Made by a program: the position numbers and the translations under genes
Notes under the pieces: generated by a model
What the model was told of the DNA's origin: nothing
The model's input: the letters and a program-made list of their open reading frames with translations, nothing else
Database searches by the model: none
In this document: positions 9,307 to 18,853 of the stretch, one piece after another
How positions within the stretch are numbered: the first letter of the stretch is position 1
Layout: each line of letters opens with the position of its first letter
Assembly: GCA_035574255.1 (NCBI GenBank)
Contig: DATLYZ010000102.1
Span: 47,194-111,193 of the forward strand
Reading direction: 5' to 3'
DNA: 64,000 nucleotides
Source of the DNA: Gemmatimonadales bacterium
Lineage (GTDB): Bacteria; Gemmatimonadota; Gemmatimonadetes; Gemmatimonadales; GWC2-71-9

Positions 9307-10241
9307 TGGATGGTGCTGTCGCCGTGCACGATGATGTGATCGTGGTCCGGCAACTCGTTGACCCGGGTGCCGGCGAACACCAGACTGTTGGTGAGCCGCA
9401 CCGGGTGGGCGAAGCTCGCGCCGGGTCCGACCACGCTGCCGTCGAGCACCGTTCCGGCCGGCGCCGTCACGCCCTCGCCGATCAACTGCGCGAGACCGCG
9501 GCGCCGGAGCTCCATCAGGTTGACGTGGAGCAGATCTTCGGGGAAGGTGACGTTCATGTCGTCCTGCACCACCGGGCTGTGATAGACCGAATGGCCGTCG
9601 TCAATCATGATCTGGATGCTGTCGGTGATCTCGTACTCGTCGCGCATCGCGGTCCGCGGCGTGCGCCGGATGGCGTCGAACACATGCTGGTCGAAGACGT
9701 ACAGCCCGCACCCCTTCACCGTGCTCCGGACGTAGCGCGGCTTCTCGATGACCCGGCGCACCCGGCCGTCGGGCTCCGCCAGAATGGCGAAGTTGCGCCG
9801 GATCATTTCCGGATCCGGCTCGATCTTGCTCGCCAGGCACGCGTTGATCTCCCCCCCCAGGACCCGAGCGATCGCCGGCCGGAGGTCGCCGGTGATGAAG
9901 TAGATGTCGCCCAGGAGCAGGACGAAGGGCGAGTCGATGTACCGCTCCAGCTTGCCCACGGCGTGGGCCATCCCCAGGGTCTCCCGCTGCTCCACGTACC
10001 GGATCGTGACCCCCCACCGGCGCCCGTCCCCCAGCGCGTCCACGATGGCGTAGCCGAGATGGCCGATCACCACGATGACCTCGTCCACACCGTGCCGCTT
10101 GAGAAACTCCAGCTGGTGCGCGAGCAGGGGTTGATTGCACACCGGCAGAATCGGTTTGGGCAGGGTCTCCGAGAACGGATAGATCCGGGTGCCTTTCCCC
10201 GCGGCGAGGATGACGCCGACCAGCTGGGCGGAGGGGCTCAT
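9282..10241 (-). CDS. sugar-1-phosphate nucleotidyltransferase (NDP-sugar pyrophosphorylase)
   Basis: GVILAAGKGTRIYPFSETLPKPILPV plus a C-terminal left-handed beta-helix-like tail. ATG at 10241. The upstream 300 aa of the 619-aa ORF overlap the GT2 gene in another frame. Confidence 0.8.
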   Translation of the reverse strand: MSPSAQLVGVILAAGKGTRIYPFSETLPKPILPVCNQPLLAHQLEFLKRHGVDEVIVVIGHLGYAIVDALGDGRRWGVTIRYVEQRETLGMAHAVGKLERYIDSPFVLLLGDIYFITGDLRPAIARVLGGEINACLASKIEPDPEMIRRNFAILAEPDGRVRRVIEKPRYVRSTVKGCGLYVFDQHVFDAIRRTPRTAMRDEYEITDSIQIMIDDGHSVYHSPVVQDDMNVTFPEDLLHVNLMELRRRGLAQLIGEGVTAPAGTVLDGSVVGPGASFAHPVRLTNSLVFAGTRVNELPDHDHIIVHGDSTIQCKPLARP

Positions 10242-10243
10242 CG

Positions 10244-10939
10244 TCAGGCGCTCCCCACCCGGCAGGCGATGAGCTTCTGGATCACGAACACCGCGTCCCA
10301 GGCCCGGATCTTCTTCCCCTCGGCGTGGGTGCGCCCCACGAAGCTGATCGGCACCTCGGCGAACCGCGCCCCCCGCCGCGCCAGCCGGGCGGTGAACTCG
10401 GCCTCGAAGTGAAAGCCGTCCGCCCGGAAGGCGAGGCCGCGCACCAGCTCGGCCCGGTACATCTTGTAACAGGTCATGAGATCGGTGATCGCGACACCGT
10501 AGAGCAGGCGGGCCACGGCCGACATCAGGCGGTTCCCCAGATGATTCACCGCCCGCATCCGGCGGATCTCGCCCTTGAACCGACTGCCGTAGACCACGTC
10601 GGCCCGCCCGGCGAGAATCGGCTCCAGGAGCCGGGCGTACTCCGCGGGATCGTACTCCAGATCGGCGTCCTGGTGGATGATGATGTCCCCGGTGGCGAGG
10701 CCGAGGAGGTGCTTGAGCACGCCGCCGCGGCCCACGTTCGTGTCCATGAAGTGAAGGTGGAGTTCGGGGTGCGGCGGCAGGGCCCGCAGGATCTCCCGAG
10801 TCCCGTCGGTCGAGCCGTCGTCCCCGACGAGCACTTCCTTGGCGATCGGAATCGGCGCGGCGAGCACCCGGCTCACCAGCTCGGCGATCGTCCTGGCCTC
10901 GTTGTACACCGGCACCAGGACACTCAGCTTGGACACCAC
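10244..10939 (-). CDS. family 2 glycosyltransferase (polyprenol-phosphate glycosyltransferase-like)
   Basis: LSVLVPVYNEARTI, GDDGSTDGT and QDADLEYDP motifs. The start is GTG 10939 or 10936, directly after GGGAGG, so the start is ambiguous by one codon. Confidence 0.8.
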   Translation of the reverse strand: MVSKLSVLVPVYNEARTIAELVSRVLAAPIPIAKEVLVGDDGSTDGTREILRALPPHPELHLHFMDTNVGRGGVLKHLLGLATGDIIIHQDADLEYDPAEYARLLEPILAGRADVVYGSRFKGEIRRMRAVNHLGNRLMSAVARLLYGVAITDLMTCYKMYRAELVRGLAFRADGFHFEAEFTARLARRGARFAEVPISFVGRTHAEGKKIRAWDAVFVIQKLIACRVGSA

Positions 10940-11003
10940 GCCTCCCTGTCGTTTCGGATGTTCCGCCGGGCAGCAAGCCCGGGGGGCGCCCCGCCCCCCG
11001 GGC

Positions 11004-11019
11004 CGCAATATTCCTGCCA
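11004..11019 (-). promoter_or_regulatory. sigma-54-type -24/-12 promoter candidate TGGCAG-N5-TTGCG upstream of the glycosylation operon
   Basis: The reverse complement of 11001-11020 is cTGGCAGgaataTTGCGgcc, with GG and GC at the exact consensus spacing. It lies about 65 nt upstream of the GT2 start, on the correct strand, in a 250-nt intergenic region. Confidence 0.5.
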
Positions 11020-11189
11020 GGGCTTTTCAGCCCACGCGGACCCGCCCTGATGGCCCGGCCGCAGGAGCCACCCAGGTGCCGGCGCGCCGGGGAATTCCCT
11101 CGGGGCAGGCGCCATGAACGGTGCTCGGCCTGCCACGACACGGCAACTTCCGCTGGGGGAGGGGGAGTCGGGAAGCTCGATCGCCGAAC

Positions 11190-11567
11190 CTAGTCCGTCG
11201 CCACCAGGATCTCGCCGCTCGGGTCAATTGCCCGCACCAGCCGCTGGAGCGCTCCGGCCTCCGGCTCCACCGATCGCAGCGCGCTGCCGTCCTTGAAGTG
11301 CACGGTCACCTTTCCGTTCCGGGACTCGGTCACGGCCCGGATCTCGCCGGGCCGCCGGCGCAGGCGCGCGGCGAGGGCGTCCCAGGAGACGGCGGTGTCG
11401 GCCGGCCCGGAGGGGGTAAGGATCCTGGGCGCGCTGTCCGCCAGGGCACGCGGCGGGGGTGCCGGGACGCTGTCGCGAGCGGCGCGCGCTTGGGGTCCGG
11501 GGCAGGCCAGGACGAGCGCCAGAAGGCACACCCTCGGGACCGGGGTCCGCAGGACCGACATCGGCAC
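11190..11567 (-). CDS. small secreted hypothetical protein
   Basis: 125-aa ORF with signal-like N-terminus VCLLALVLACPGPQARA. No recognisable family. Confidence 0.4.
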   Translation of the reverse strand: MPMSVLRTPVPRVCLLALVLACPGPQARAARDSVPAPPPRALADSAPRILTPSGPADTAVSWDALAARLRRRPGEIRAVTESRNGKVTVHFKDGSALRSVEPEAGALQRLVRAIDPSGEILVATD

Positions 11568-11612
11568 CTGACCGGCGGGGACGCCCGAAGTGTGGCGAGC
11601 CCGCCCGAGGGG

Positions 11613-12437
11613 TCAAGGGCCATAAGCCGGCCCGCCCCCGGACAGCACCCCGGCCTCGACCAGAAACCGGCGCACCTCGCGCCAGGGTCTCGGGCAGTCG
11701 TTGTGGGCGCAGGGCATCGCCACGAACCGCGCCCGCGGTGCGGCCTCGGCGAGGCGGCGGCCGTGCCGGAATGGAATCACCTCGTCTCGTTCGCCGTGGA
11801 GAATGAGCACGGGACCGGGGTAACGCCGGACGACCGCCCGCACCTCGAATGGATCCCGCACCAGGAACCCCGGCAGCCCGTAGGCCAGCGCCATGTCGCG
11901 GACACTGGTGAAGGTGGATTCGAGGACGAGTGCCGCCACCGGCCGGCGCGAGGCGAGCAGTGCCGCGGCCCCACCGCCCAGCGAGCGGCCGTACCCGACG
12001 ACGCGCCGGGGATCCACGCCCGGGCGCGCGACCACCCAGTCGTAGGCCGCGACCACCGCCTCGGCGATGGACCGCTCCGACGGCGATCCGGGGGAGCGGC
12101 CGTAGCCCGGATACTCCACCAGCAACACCGAGATCCCCCAGGAGCGCGGCGGGCCGAATTCCTCCGCCCAGTCATCCAGCAGCTCGCCGTTTCCATGGGT
12201 GAAGACGATCACCGGGCCCGGCCCCGCGCCCCCGGCGCTCGCCGGGAGAAACCAGGCCTCCACCCGGCCGCCCGAGGGGAGGTCGAGCCACACGAGTTCG
12301 GCATCCGACGGACGGGCCAGGGTGGGCCGGGGTCGCGGCGTCGGGAAGAGCACCGCGCGCTGGAGCAGAAAGAGCAGCGTCCAGTAGGTCCCTAAAGCGA
12401 CCAGGAGTATGGCGAGACCCTGAGCCAACCCGCGCAT
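11613..12437 (-). CDS. alpha/beta hydrolase
   Basis: Nucleophile elbow GRSLGGG, HG oxyanion-type VIVFTHGNG and an N-terminal TM anchor. ATG at 12437. Confidence 0.75.
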   Translation of the reverse strand: MRGLAQGLAILLVALGTYWTLLFLLQRAVLFPTPRPRPTLARPSDAELVWLDLPSGGRVEAWFLPASAGGAGPGPVIVFTHGNGELLDDWAEEFGPPRSWGISVLLVEYPGYGRSPGSPSERSIAEAVVAAYDWVVARPGVDPRRVVGYGRSLGGGAAALLASRRPVAALVLESTFTSVRDMALAYGLPGFLVRDPFEVRAVVRRYPGPVLILHGERDEVIPFRHGRRLAEAAPRARFVAMPCAHNDCPRPWREVRRFLVEAGVLSGGGPAYGP

Positions 12438-12762
12438 GGCCTCACGCTCGGTTTCCGGAGTATTCGCGACACGGGCCGCGGCCCCCGCGCGGCTGGTCCC
12501 GGGTGGAAGGCGGGGCTCGTGAGCCCGGTCACGCTCCGATTCGGGGTTCGTGACGGGGGCACTCTTGCAAAGCTCGGTGACCGGGAGCTCCCCACCCCGG
12601 CCCAGGGCCCGGGTGGGCGGTGGCCGCAACTCCAAGCCGCGCCACGAATTGCCGAGGCGCACCGCGGCTCGCACCGGGAGGCACCCGACTTGCTTCCTCG
12701 CTGCAGGCCGTTCCAGTCCGATCGCGCCGGGTCGCTGCACGCATCGCCAAGGGAGGCGTGTC

Positions 12763-13104
12763 ATGAAGGTCTTGCTGGTGCTCGCCCTGCTGCTGGGCGG
12801 GGCATGGTATTACTTCAGGCCCGAGCCTCCGGGGAAGGGCCCCGAGGCGGAGGCGGCGATCCGGGCGGCCCAGCCGCTCCTCCGGGCGCTGGAGGCGTAC
12901 AAGGCGGCGCGCCAGATCTACCCGCACGACCTCGACGACCTGAACCCGGAGTTCCTGAGCGGGCGCGTCACCTTCGCCAACGGCTCCCAACCGGAGTACG
13001 AGCGGCTGGGGCCGATCTACCAGCTCACCATCAATTACACCAACCCGCTACCCGTCCACTGCAGCTACCGGCCGGGCGCCAAGTGGCGCTGCGAGTGGTT
13101 TTGA
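12763..13104 (+). CDS. hypothetical exported/anchored protein
   Basis: ATG 12763 lies 6 nt after GGGAGG. N-terminus MKVLLVLALLLGGAWYYF. No recognisable family. Confidence 0.45.
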   Translation: MKVLLVLALLLGGAWYYFRPEPPGKGPEAEAAIRAAQPLLRALEAYKAARQIYPHDLDDLNPEFLSGRVTFANGSQPEYERLGPIYQLTINYTNPLPVHCSYRPGAKWRCEWF

Positions 13105-13165
13105 GGCGCGGGGTCTCGCGCGCTGCGGCACGCGTTGCCGGTGACCGAGGGGGTGGTCCTCCACC

Positions 13166-15934
13166 TCAGAAGCTCACCTCCGCGCCGAGCCGGAACAGTC
13201 GCGGCGGTCCGTAGGCGAAGAGCGGCTGGGTGAAATCGCGGGCCGCTGCGAGATAGAGCGGCATCAGTTCGTTCGGTCCCTCGACATAGCCGTTCCCGTC
13301 CAGGTCGGCCCAGCGACGGTAGCGGGGCGATTCGTACGGGATGGCCTCGGGATGGGCCTGATAGGCCGAGTTCGCCATCGCCTGGAGACCGGCGGCGGTC
13401 TGGAACGGGGTTCCGGTATCGCGGCGCACCGCGACCAGGTTCCGCCGGTTGAGCAGATTGCGGATATCCACATAGAGGCTGCCCGCGGTCCGGCCCAGCC
13501 GGAACGGGCGGCGGACCAGGAGGTCCACGGTCCGCGTGCTCGGCAGCCGGGAGTCGTTCGGGATTCCGATGATCGAGTCGGTGCCGGGTGCCACCCGTGA
13601 GAAGGGGAGGCCCGAGAAGTAGCGGAACACCAGCGTCCCTTCGAGCCCGCCGATCGGCCGGGTGCCGAGGACCGTGGGCCCGAATCGGGCCGGCACGGCC
13701 CCGCTCAGAATTGCGACCAACGCGTGGCGGCGGTCGAAGTCGAGGGGGAACTCGACTTTGGCCGGGATGATGGTGTCCCCGCTCACCGGGTCGATGGTGA
13801 TGGCGCGCCGGACGAGGAAGGCGTCGGTGGAGGTCGCCTCGGCCTGTTGCAGGGTATAGCTCACCCGGAGGCCCCAGGCGTCCCGGAACTCGCGCTCGAC
13901 GATGAGTTCCATGCCCTTGACCGAGCCGGCATCGGCGTTGCCGAAGATGCTCGAGTCGGGATCGGTGCCCAGCGGGACCGAGGCCACCAGGCCCTCCAGC
14001 CGCTTGACGAACACGTTGGCCCGCACCGACGCCTGGCGCACGGGCCGGACCCGGAGGCTGAACTCGTACTGGGTGGACTTCTCGAAGCCCAGGTCGGGGT
14101 TCCCCTGGCGGAAGCGGCCGGTCCGGGTCGTGTCGTCGAAGGCGGCGTCCACCAGGTACTGGTAGTCAGGCGCCTGCCGGAACTGGCCGAAGCTCGCGAC
14201 AAAGGTGGCGCCCCGGAACACGGTGCTCACCGCGAACCGCGGGGAGAGCGAGCGCCGGATCGTGCCGGTGCGGCCGGGCAGGTCGGTACGTCCGCGGAAC
14301 TGGTCGTAGCGCAGACCCGCCGTGAAGGCCAGGTCGTTGTGGCGGACCTGCACTTCCGAATAGAGCGCGCCGGCCCAGGGGGTGAAGTCCGCCGCGCTCG
14401 CGGCGGGGACCGAGTCGCCCACCGGCAAGGACCCCAGGATCCGCTGGAAGGTGCGGACCCGCTGACCGGCGTACTCGCCTCCCAGGTACAGGTCCGCGGC
14501 GGTGCCGGCCGCGATGGCCACATCCAGGCGGCCGCGCAGCTCGCGGAACCGGTTCCATCCGAGGTCGCCCCGCGGTGCCCCCCCCTGGAAGAAGGCCGGC
14601 ACGCCCCACGGGGTGCGCTCGCTCGGGATCGGCGGGAAGAGCCCGGGGAGGGGGCGGCGGGCCAGGGCGGTGTCCTGCGACCGGGCCAGGCCTTCGTTCA
14701 GGATCCGGAGCCGCCGGCCGGTGAACGCGCCGAAGAAGAAGTCCGCCGGTTCGGCCGGCGGACCCTGGAGGAACTCCCGCTCGAAGGAGCCCAGCCGGAG
14801 GTCGGCGATCATCCCGGGGCCGGGAAGCAGGCTCTGGAGGTGGAGGTTCAGGTGCCGGCCCCACACCCGGCGAGCGGGCGCGAAATCCAGGTCGTACTTC
14901 CAGGCCGGATCGTAGAGCTCGCGCTGCTCGGTGGAGTGCAGTCCGAGGAGCCGCAGCGTATGCCGGGCGCCGAGCGGGACGGTGAGCTTGGCGGCGAAAT
15001 CGTACTGCTCGCCGCTGTTATGCGGGAGGAGGCTCGGGTTCTGGCGCCGCGGGTCCCGGGGCTGGGAGGGATCGGGGGCGTGGACCGGGTCCGCATCGAG
15101 CCGCGCCGCGAGATCCGCGACCCCCACGAACCGCACGCCCCAGGGGAGCGGTCCCTCGGCCGTGAGCACGGTCCGATCGAGGCCGTAGTCCGCGCCTTGA
15201 CCCAGCGGGCGGTCGGTCTCGTACCTGGCCCGGGCCGCCCAGCGCTCGCCGCCGTCCCGCGTGGCGAGGTTGACCAGGGCGGACACTGCCTGTCCATAGC
15301 GCGCCGAGAACCCGTTGGTGATGAGCGAGACCTCGGCGAGGAGGTCCGGGGGCACGCGGAGGCCTAACGATCCGGTGGAGGCATCGAGCTGGTTCTTGAG
15401 CCCCAGCCCGTCCAGAATGAACGCCTGCTGGCCGGGCCGCCCGCCGCGGTAACTCTCGCCCACGGTTCCCGCCGAGAGCGCGATCGCCTCCGCGACCGTG
15501 GTGACGGGGAGGCGGCGCAACTCCTCCCCGGTGAAGCGCTGCACGTCCGCGATCGCCAGGGGATCCAGCACCGAGTCCACCCGCTCGCCCCGGACCTCGA
15601 GGCCGGCCAGCTCCACCGGCCGGGCCTCGAGCGCGAAGTCCAGCGCGGTGGTCTGGCCGCTGCGCACCAGCACGCTGTCGTACTGCACCGCGCGGTACCC
15701 GATGGCGCCGGCCCGGACCGCGTGCCAGCCGGGGACGAGTTCCCGGAGCCGGTAGGAGCCCCGCGCGTCGGTCATCGCCACCTGCCGCCCGCCGTCCACC
15801 TCGACCCGGGCCCCGACCAGGGGAGCGCCCCCCTCCCGGTCGCGGACCGTGCCGGTCACGTGTCCCAGGGACTGGGCCGCGAGCGGCCCGGCCGGCCCCA
15901 GGGCGCAGAGGAGCCACAGGAGGCGCTGCATCAC
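13166..15934 (-). CDS. TonB-dependent receptor with N-terminal carboxypeptidase-regulatory-like domain
   Basis: Signal peptide, then GTVRDREGGAPLVGARVEV (CarboxypepD_reg-like), a plug region and a C-terminal barrel ending in F. 922 aa. Confidence 0.85.
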   Translation of the reverse strand: MMQRLLWLLCALGPAGPLAAQSLGHVTGTVRDREGGAPLVGARVEVDGGRQVAMTDARGSYRLRELVPGWHAVRAGAIGYRAVQYDSVLVRSGQTTALDFALEARPVELAGLEVRGERVDSVLDPLAIADVQRFTGEELRRLPVTTVAEAIALSAGTVGESYRGGRPGQQAFILDGLGLKNQLDASTGSLGLRVPPDLLAEVSLITNGFSARYGQAVSALVNLATRDGGERWAARARYETDRPLGQGADYGLDRTVLTAEGPLPWGVRFVGVADLAARLDADPVHAPDPSQPRDPRRQNPSLLPHNSGEQYDFAAKLTVPLGARHTLRLLGLHSTEQRELYDPAWKYDLDFAPARRVWGRHLNLHLQSLLPGPGMIADLRLGSFEREFLQGPPAEPADFFFGAFTGRRLRILNEGLARSQDTALARRPLPGLFPPIPSERTPWGVPAFFQGGAPRGDLGWNRFRELRGRLDVAIAAGTAADLYLGGEYAGQRVRTFQRILGSLPVGDSVPAASAADFTPWAGALYSEVQVRHNDLAFTAGLRYDQFRGRTDLPGRTGTIRRSLSPRFAVSTVFRGATFVASFGQFRQAPDYQYLVDAAFDDTTRTGRFRQGNPDLGFEKSTQYEFSLRVRPVRQASVRANVFVKRLEGLVASVPLGTDPDSSIFGNADAGSVKGMELIVEREFRDAWGLRVSYTLQQAEATSTDAFLVRRAITIDPVSGDTIIPAKVEFPLDFDRRHALVAILSGAVPARFGPTVLGTRPIGGLEGTLVFRYFSGLPFSRVAPGTDSIIGIPNDSRLPSTRTVDLLVRRPFRLGRTAGSLYVDIRNLLNRRNLVAVRRDTGTPFQTAAGLQAMANSAYQAHPEAIPYESPRYRRWADLDGNGYVEGPNELMPLYLAAARDFTQPLFAYGPPRLFRLGAEVSF

Positions 15935-17040
15935 TCCTCCAGGAGCCAGAGATCGGCGGCGCGGGCCACGGCGGTGTCCGCGGCGAGAATGTTGCCGGCG
16001 GGGTCGCGGATCACGGTGACCGTGAAGGGAAAGGCTTCGACCGCGAGCCGGCGCCCGTCAGGCGACAGGGCCGGCCGCCGGTAAAACCGTTGGTCGAGCG
16101 GGAGGGGGCGCTCGGCGCCCGCGCGCAGGTCCACCTCCACAAGCTGGCCCCCTTCGTCCCGCGCCAGCAGGCCGAGCAACGGGTCGCTCGTCAGGCTGAT
16201 CCGTCCGCCCACCACGGCCACCAGCCGCTCGCCGGCCACCTGCACGTCGCGGGCGAACCGGCCCAGGCCGAAGTCGTGCACCTCGGTCACGGTGCCGGTC
16301 ACCAGGTCGCGCCGGAGCACCCGCGAGTCGCCCGCCACAGTGTAGTACACCGAGCGCCCGTCCGGCGCGGGGGCGGCGGAATTCGCGAGATAGGTGCCCG
16401 GGATGTCCTCGCGGGTCGGCGGCACGGTCCGCAGGTCGAGCCGCACCAGATCCTGGCCCAGGAACAGCGTGTCCGACCGGCAGTTGAGACAGGGCCGCAC
16501 CACGGCCCCGACCGCGCCGATGTAGAGGATCGTGGTCGAATCGAGCCAGCTCACCGCGAGGGCGAGGTCGTGGGGCCGGCCGGTGCTCGAGTGGTACGGG
16601 AAGCTCACCAGCCGTCGGGTCCGGAGCAGATCGGCGAGCGGTGCGACCACCAGCGCCCGCCGGCTCGGTGCGTCGTCGAGGGCGCCGCTCGTGGCGACGA
16701 GATAGGCGACCCGACCGCCGCGTTCGGCGGGCCACTCGAAGGCGTCCAGCGAATCGGCGAAGCCGGGGAGATTCTGGCAGGCGCTCCGCACCCGGCTCCC
16801 GCCGCCCGCCGGCAGCACGCCCAGGCACCGATCCGGCACGGTCCGGCTCAGATCCTCGTAGGAGTAGAGCAGGTATCGCCCATCGCTTGACCACGAGGGC
16901 ATGCGATCGGTCCCGCGGTTGAACGTGAGCTGCCGGGGCAAGGCGCCGCGGAAGGGGCCAGGCTCGCGCGGGTCGGGGGGACGAAACGGCTCGGCATGAT
17001 CGCAGGCCGCCAGGACGAGCAGCGCCGCCAGCCTCCTCAC
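15931..17040 (-). CDS. TolB-like beta-propeller lipoprotein (paralog 1)
   Basis: Lipobox LVLAACD and the PD40/WD40-like string PSWSSDGRYLLYS. 4-nt overlaps with both neighbours. Confidence 0.6.
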   Translation of the reverse strand: MRRLAALLVLAACDHAEPFRPPDPREPGPFRGALPRQLTFNRGTDRMPSWSSDGRYLLYSYEDLSRTVPDRCLGVLPAGGGSRVRSACQNLPGFADSLDAFEWPAERGGRVAYLVATSGALDDAPSRRALVVAPLADLLRTRRLVSFPYHSSTGRPHDLALAVSWLDSTTILYIGAVGAVVRPCLNCRSDTLFLGQDLVRLDLRTVPPTREDIPGTYLANSAAPAPDGRSVYYTVAGDSRVLRRDLVTGTVTEVHDFGLGRFARDVQVAGERLVAVVGGRISLTSDPLLGLLARDEGGQLVEVDLRAGAERPLPLDQRFYRRPALSPDGRRLAVEAFPFTVTVIRDPAGNILAADTAVARAADLWLLEE

Positions 17041-17858
17041 GGTTCCTCCAGCAACCAGAGATCGGCGAGAAAGCGGGGGGCGACCGTGGGCGACCCCTCG
17101 ACCGCCAGGCGGCGGCCGCCCGGGGCCAGCGCCGGCCGCCGGAACCCGTGGCTCGGCAACGCGAGCACCGTCTCCGCTCCGCTCGTCAGGTCCACGGCGA
17201 TCAGCGGCCCACCGTCGTCCCGCTGCAGCGGCCCCAGGGCGGGATCCACGGTGAACGTGACCCGGCCTCCGATGACGGCCACCAGCCGGTTCCCCTTCAC
17301 CTGGACCTCGCGCGGGATCCCGGTGCCGAAATCGTGGACGACGGTCGCGAGGCCCGTGACGAGGTCGAGGGCGAACACGCGAGTATCCCCCATCACGGTG
17401 AAGAAAACTGTACGGCCGGGCATGGGCCGGCTCGCGGCGACCTGGGCGATGCCGCTACTCGACTTCAGGCAGGCGACCCGGCTGCGGGTGGCCGCCGGAC
17501 TCTCCCAGGCGTCAACGGAATCCGCGGGTCCCGGTGTGTCAGGGCAGATGTCGAGGAGCCGGCTCCCGCCGCGCGGTGGGAGGGCGGCCAGGCAGCGATC
17601 GTGCCCGGGGTCCGCCGGCGCCTCGTAGGCGTAGAACAGGAGCTGGCCGTCGTCGGACCACGCGGGCGTGCGGTCCTGCAAGCGATTCCAGGTGAGGCGC
17701 CGGGGGATCGCGTTGCCAAACGGGATGCCTGGCGCGTATCCCCCGGGGGTGAACGGGGCCGCGTGGTCGCAGGCCAGGCGCGCCAGCGCCCGGAGCGCTC
17801 GGGCCCGGACGTCCAGCGAGGTGCGGTGCGGCGGGATGGTCGTCCGGTCCAAGAGCAT
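17037..17858 (-). CDS. TolB-like beta-propeller lipoprotein (paralog 2, shorter)
   Basis: Collinear with paralog 1: LACDHAAPF, RRLTWN, PAWSDDGQLLFYAY, DRCLAALPPRGGSR and C-terminal DLWLLEE. ATG at 17858. Confidence 0.6.
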   Translation of the reverse strand: MLLDRTTIPPHRTSLDVRARALRALARLACDHAAPFTPGGYAPGIPFGNAIPRRLTWNRLQDRTPAWSDDGQLLFYAYEAPADPGHDRCLAALPPRGGSRLLDICPDTPGPADSVDAWESPAATRSRVACLKSSSGIAQVAASRPMPGRTVFFTVMGDTRVFALDLVTGLATVVHDFGTGIPREVQVKGNRLVAVIGGRVTFTVDPALGPLQRDDGGPLIAVDLTSGAETVLALPSHGFRRPALAPGGRRLAVEGSPTVAPRFLADLWLLEEP

Positions 17859-18170
17859 GGAGGCTCGACGTTCAGCAGGTGAGCGGCGCTGGCCACGGTG
17901 GGGTCGGGAACGGGCGGGGAGTGTTCCGCCGGGTCTCGGACCCGCTGAGGCTCGCGGGATCCCCTGCGCCACCTGGCAGCGGCGGGCCGCGATAGCCGGG
18001 TTGCAAATGTGCCGCGGGCCGAAGGGGTGCACCAGGGGCGGGGTCCCGCCAGGCGGCCCGGGAGGATCCACCGCTGCTCGGGGCGCGCGGGGCCGGGGCT
18101 CATCCCGGCCGCTGGCCGTGGCGCGCGGGCCGGCACGGCGGAGCGAGGGGAGGGCCGCGGCGGGGGCGCG

Positions 18171-18193
18171 CTTTGTGACATAAAGTACTTGAC
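18171..18193. promoter_or_regulatory. 23-nt motif copy 1: CTTTGTGACATAAAGTACTTGAC
   Basis: Matches 19290-19312 at 18 of 23 positions with no gaps. It contains the palindrome AAGTACTT and overlaps the -35-like TTGACC. Confidence 0.6.
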
Positions 18194-18217
18194 CGCCAGG
18201 CGCGCCCCCGCTACCTT
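18189..18217 (+). promoter_or_regulatory. promoter candidate TTGACC-N17-TACCTT for the membrane protein/wHTH operon
   Basis: Read directly; about 30 nt upstream of TTG 18248. Confidence 0.4.
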
Positions 18218-18247
18218 GTACCTCGACACCGACCCCGAGACCCGACC

Positions 18248-18853
18248 TTGCCCCGTCCGCTCCGCGCCCCACCCCCCGAACGGCCCCTCCATGATCGGGC
18301 GCTGGAAGATCTCCGCTTCATTCGCGATACCATGGAGCGGGCCGGCTCCTTTACGGCGGTGCCGGGATGGGGTGGCGTGGCGATGGGGCTCACGGCCCTG
18401 GTGGCGAGCCTGATCGCCGCCCGCCAGCCCACCGTCGAACACTGGCTCCTCACCTGGATTGCGGCCGGCTGGCTCGCCTTCGCCATCGGTGGCGCCGCCA
18501 TGGTCCGGAAGGCCATGGCCGGGAATACCCCGCTCCTCACCGGCCCGGGACGGCGGTTCGTCCTGAGCTATGCCCCGCCCATGCTGGTGGGGGCCATCCT
18601 CACCGCCGCGCTCTACCGGCTCGGGCTCGCGCCGCTTCTCCCCGGGGTCTGGCTCCTGCTGTACGGGACGGCGGTGGTCACCGGGGGCGCCTTCTCGGTT
18701 CGGGTCGTTCCCGTGATGGGCCTCTGCTTCATGGTCCTCGGGACGGTCGCGCTCTTCGGCCCCGCCGCCTGGGGGAACACGCTCCTCGCGCTGGGGTTCG
18801 GCGGCCTGCATCTCGTCTTCGGGGTCATCATCGCGCGGAGGCACGGTGGCTAG
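18248..18853 (+). CDS. hypothetical integral membrane protein (partner of the downstream wHTH regulator)
   Basis: 201 aa, N-terminal amphipathic [15 protein letters not shown] followed by about 5 TM segments. TTG start. Its stop overlaps the next gene's start. Confidence 0.6.
   Translation: MPRPLRAPPPERPLHDRALEDLRFIRDTMERAGSFTAVPGWGGVAMGLTALVASLIAARQPTVEHWLLTWIAAGWLAFAIGGAAMVRKAMAGNTPLLTGPGRRFVLSYAPPMLVGAILTAALYRLGLAPLLPGVWLLLYGTAVVTGGAFSVRVVPVMGLCFMVLGTVALFGPAAWGNTLLALGFGGLHLVFGVIIARRHGG

Noticed and set aside
10242-11141. N-terminal 300 residues of the 619-aa ORF containing the nucleotidyltransferase.
   Set aside because: It overlaps the well-supported GT2 gene in another frame and has no motifs. 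The nucleotidyltransferase fold starts at MSPSAQLVGVILAAGKG.
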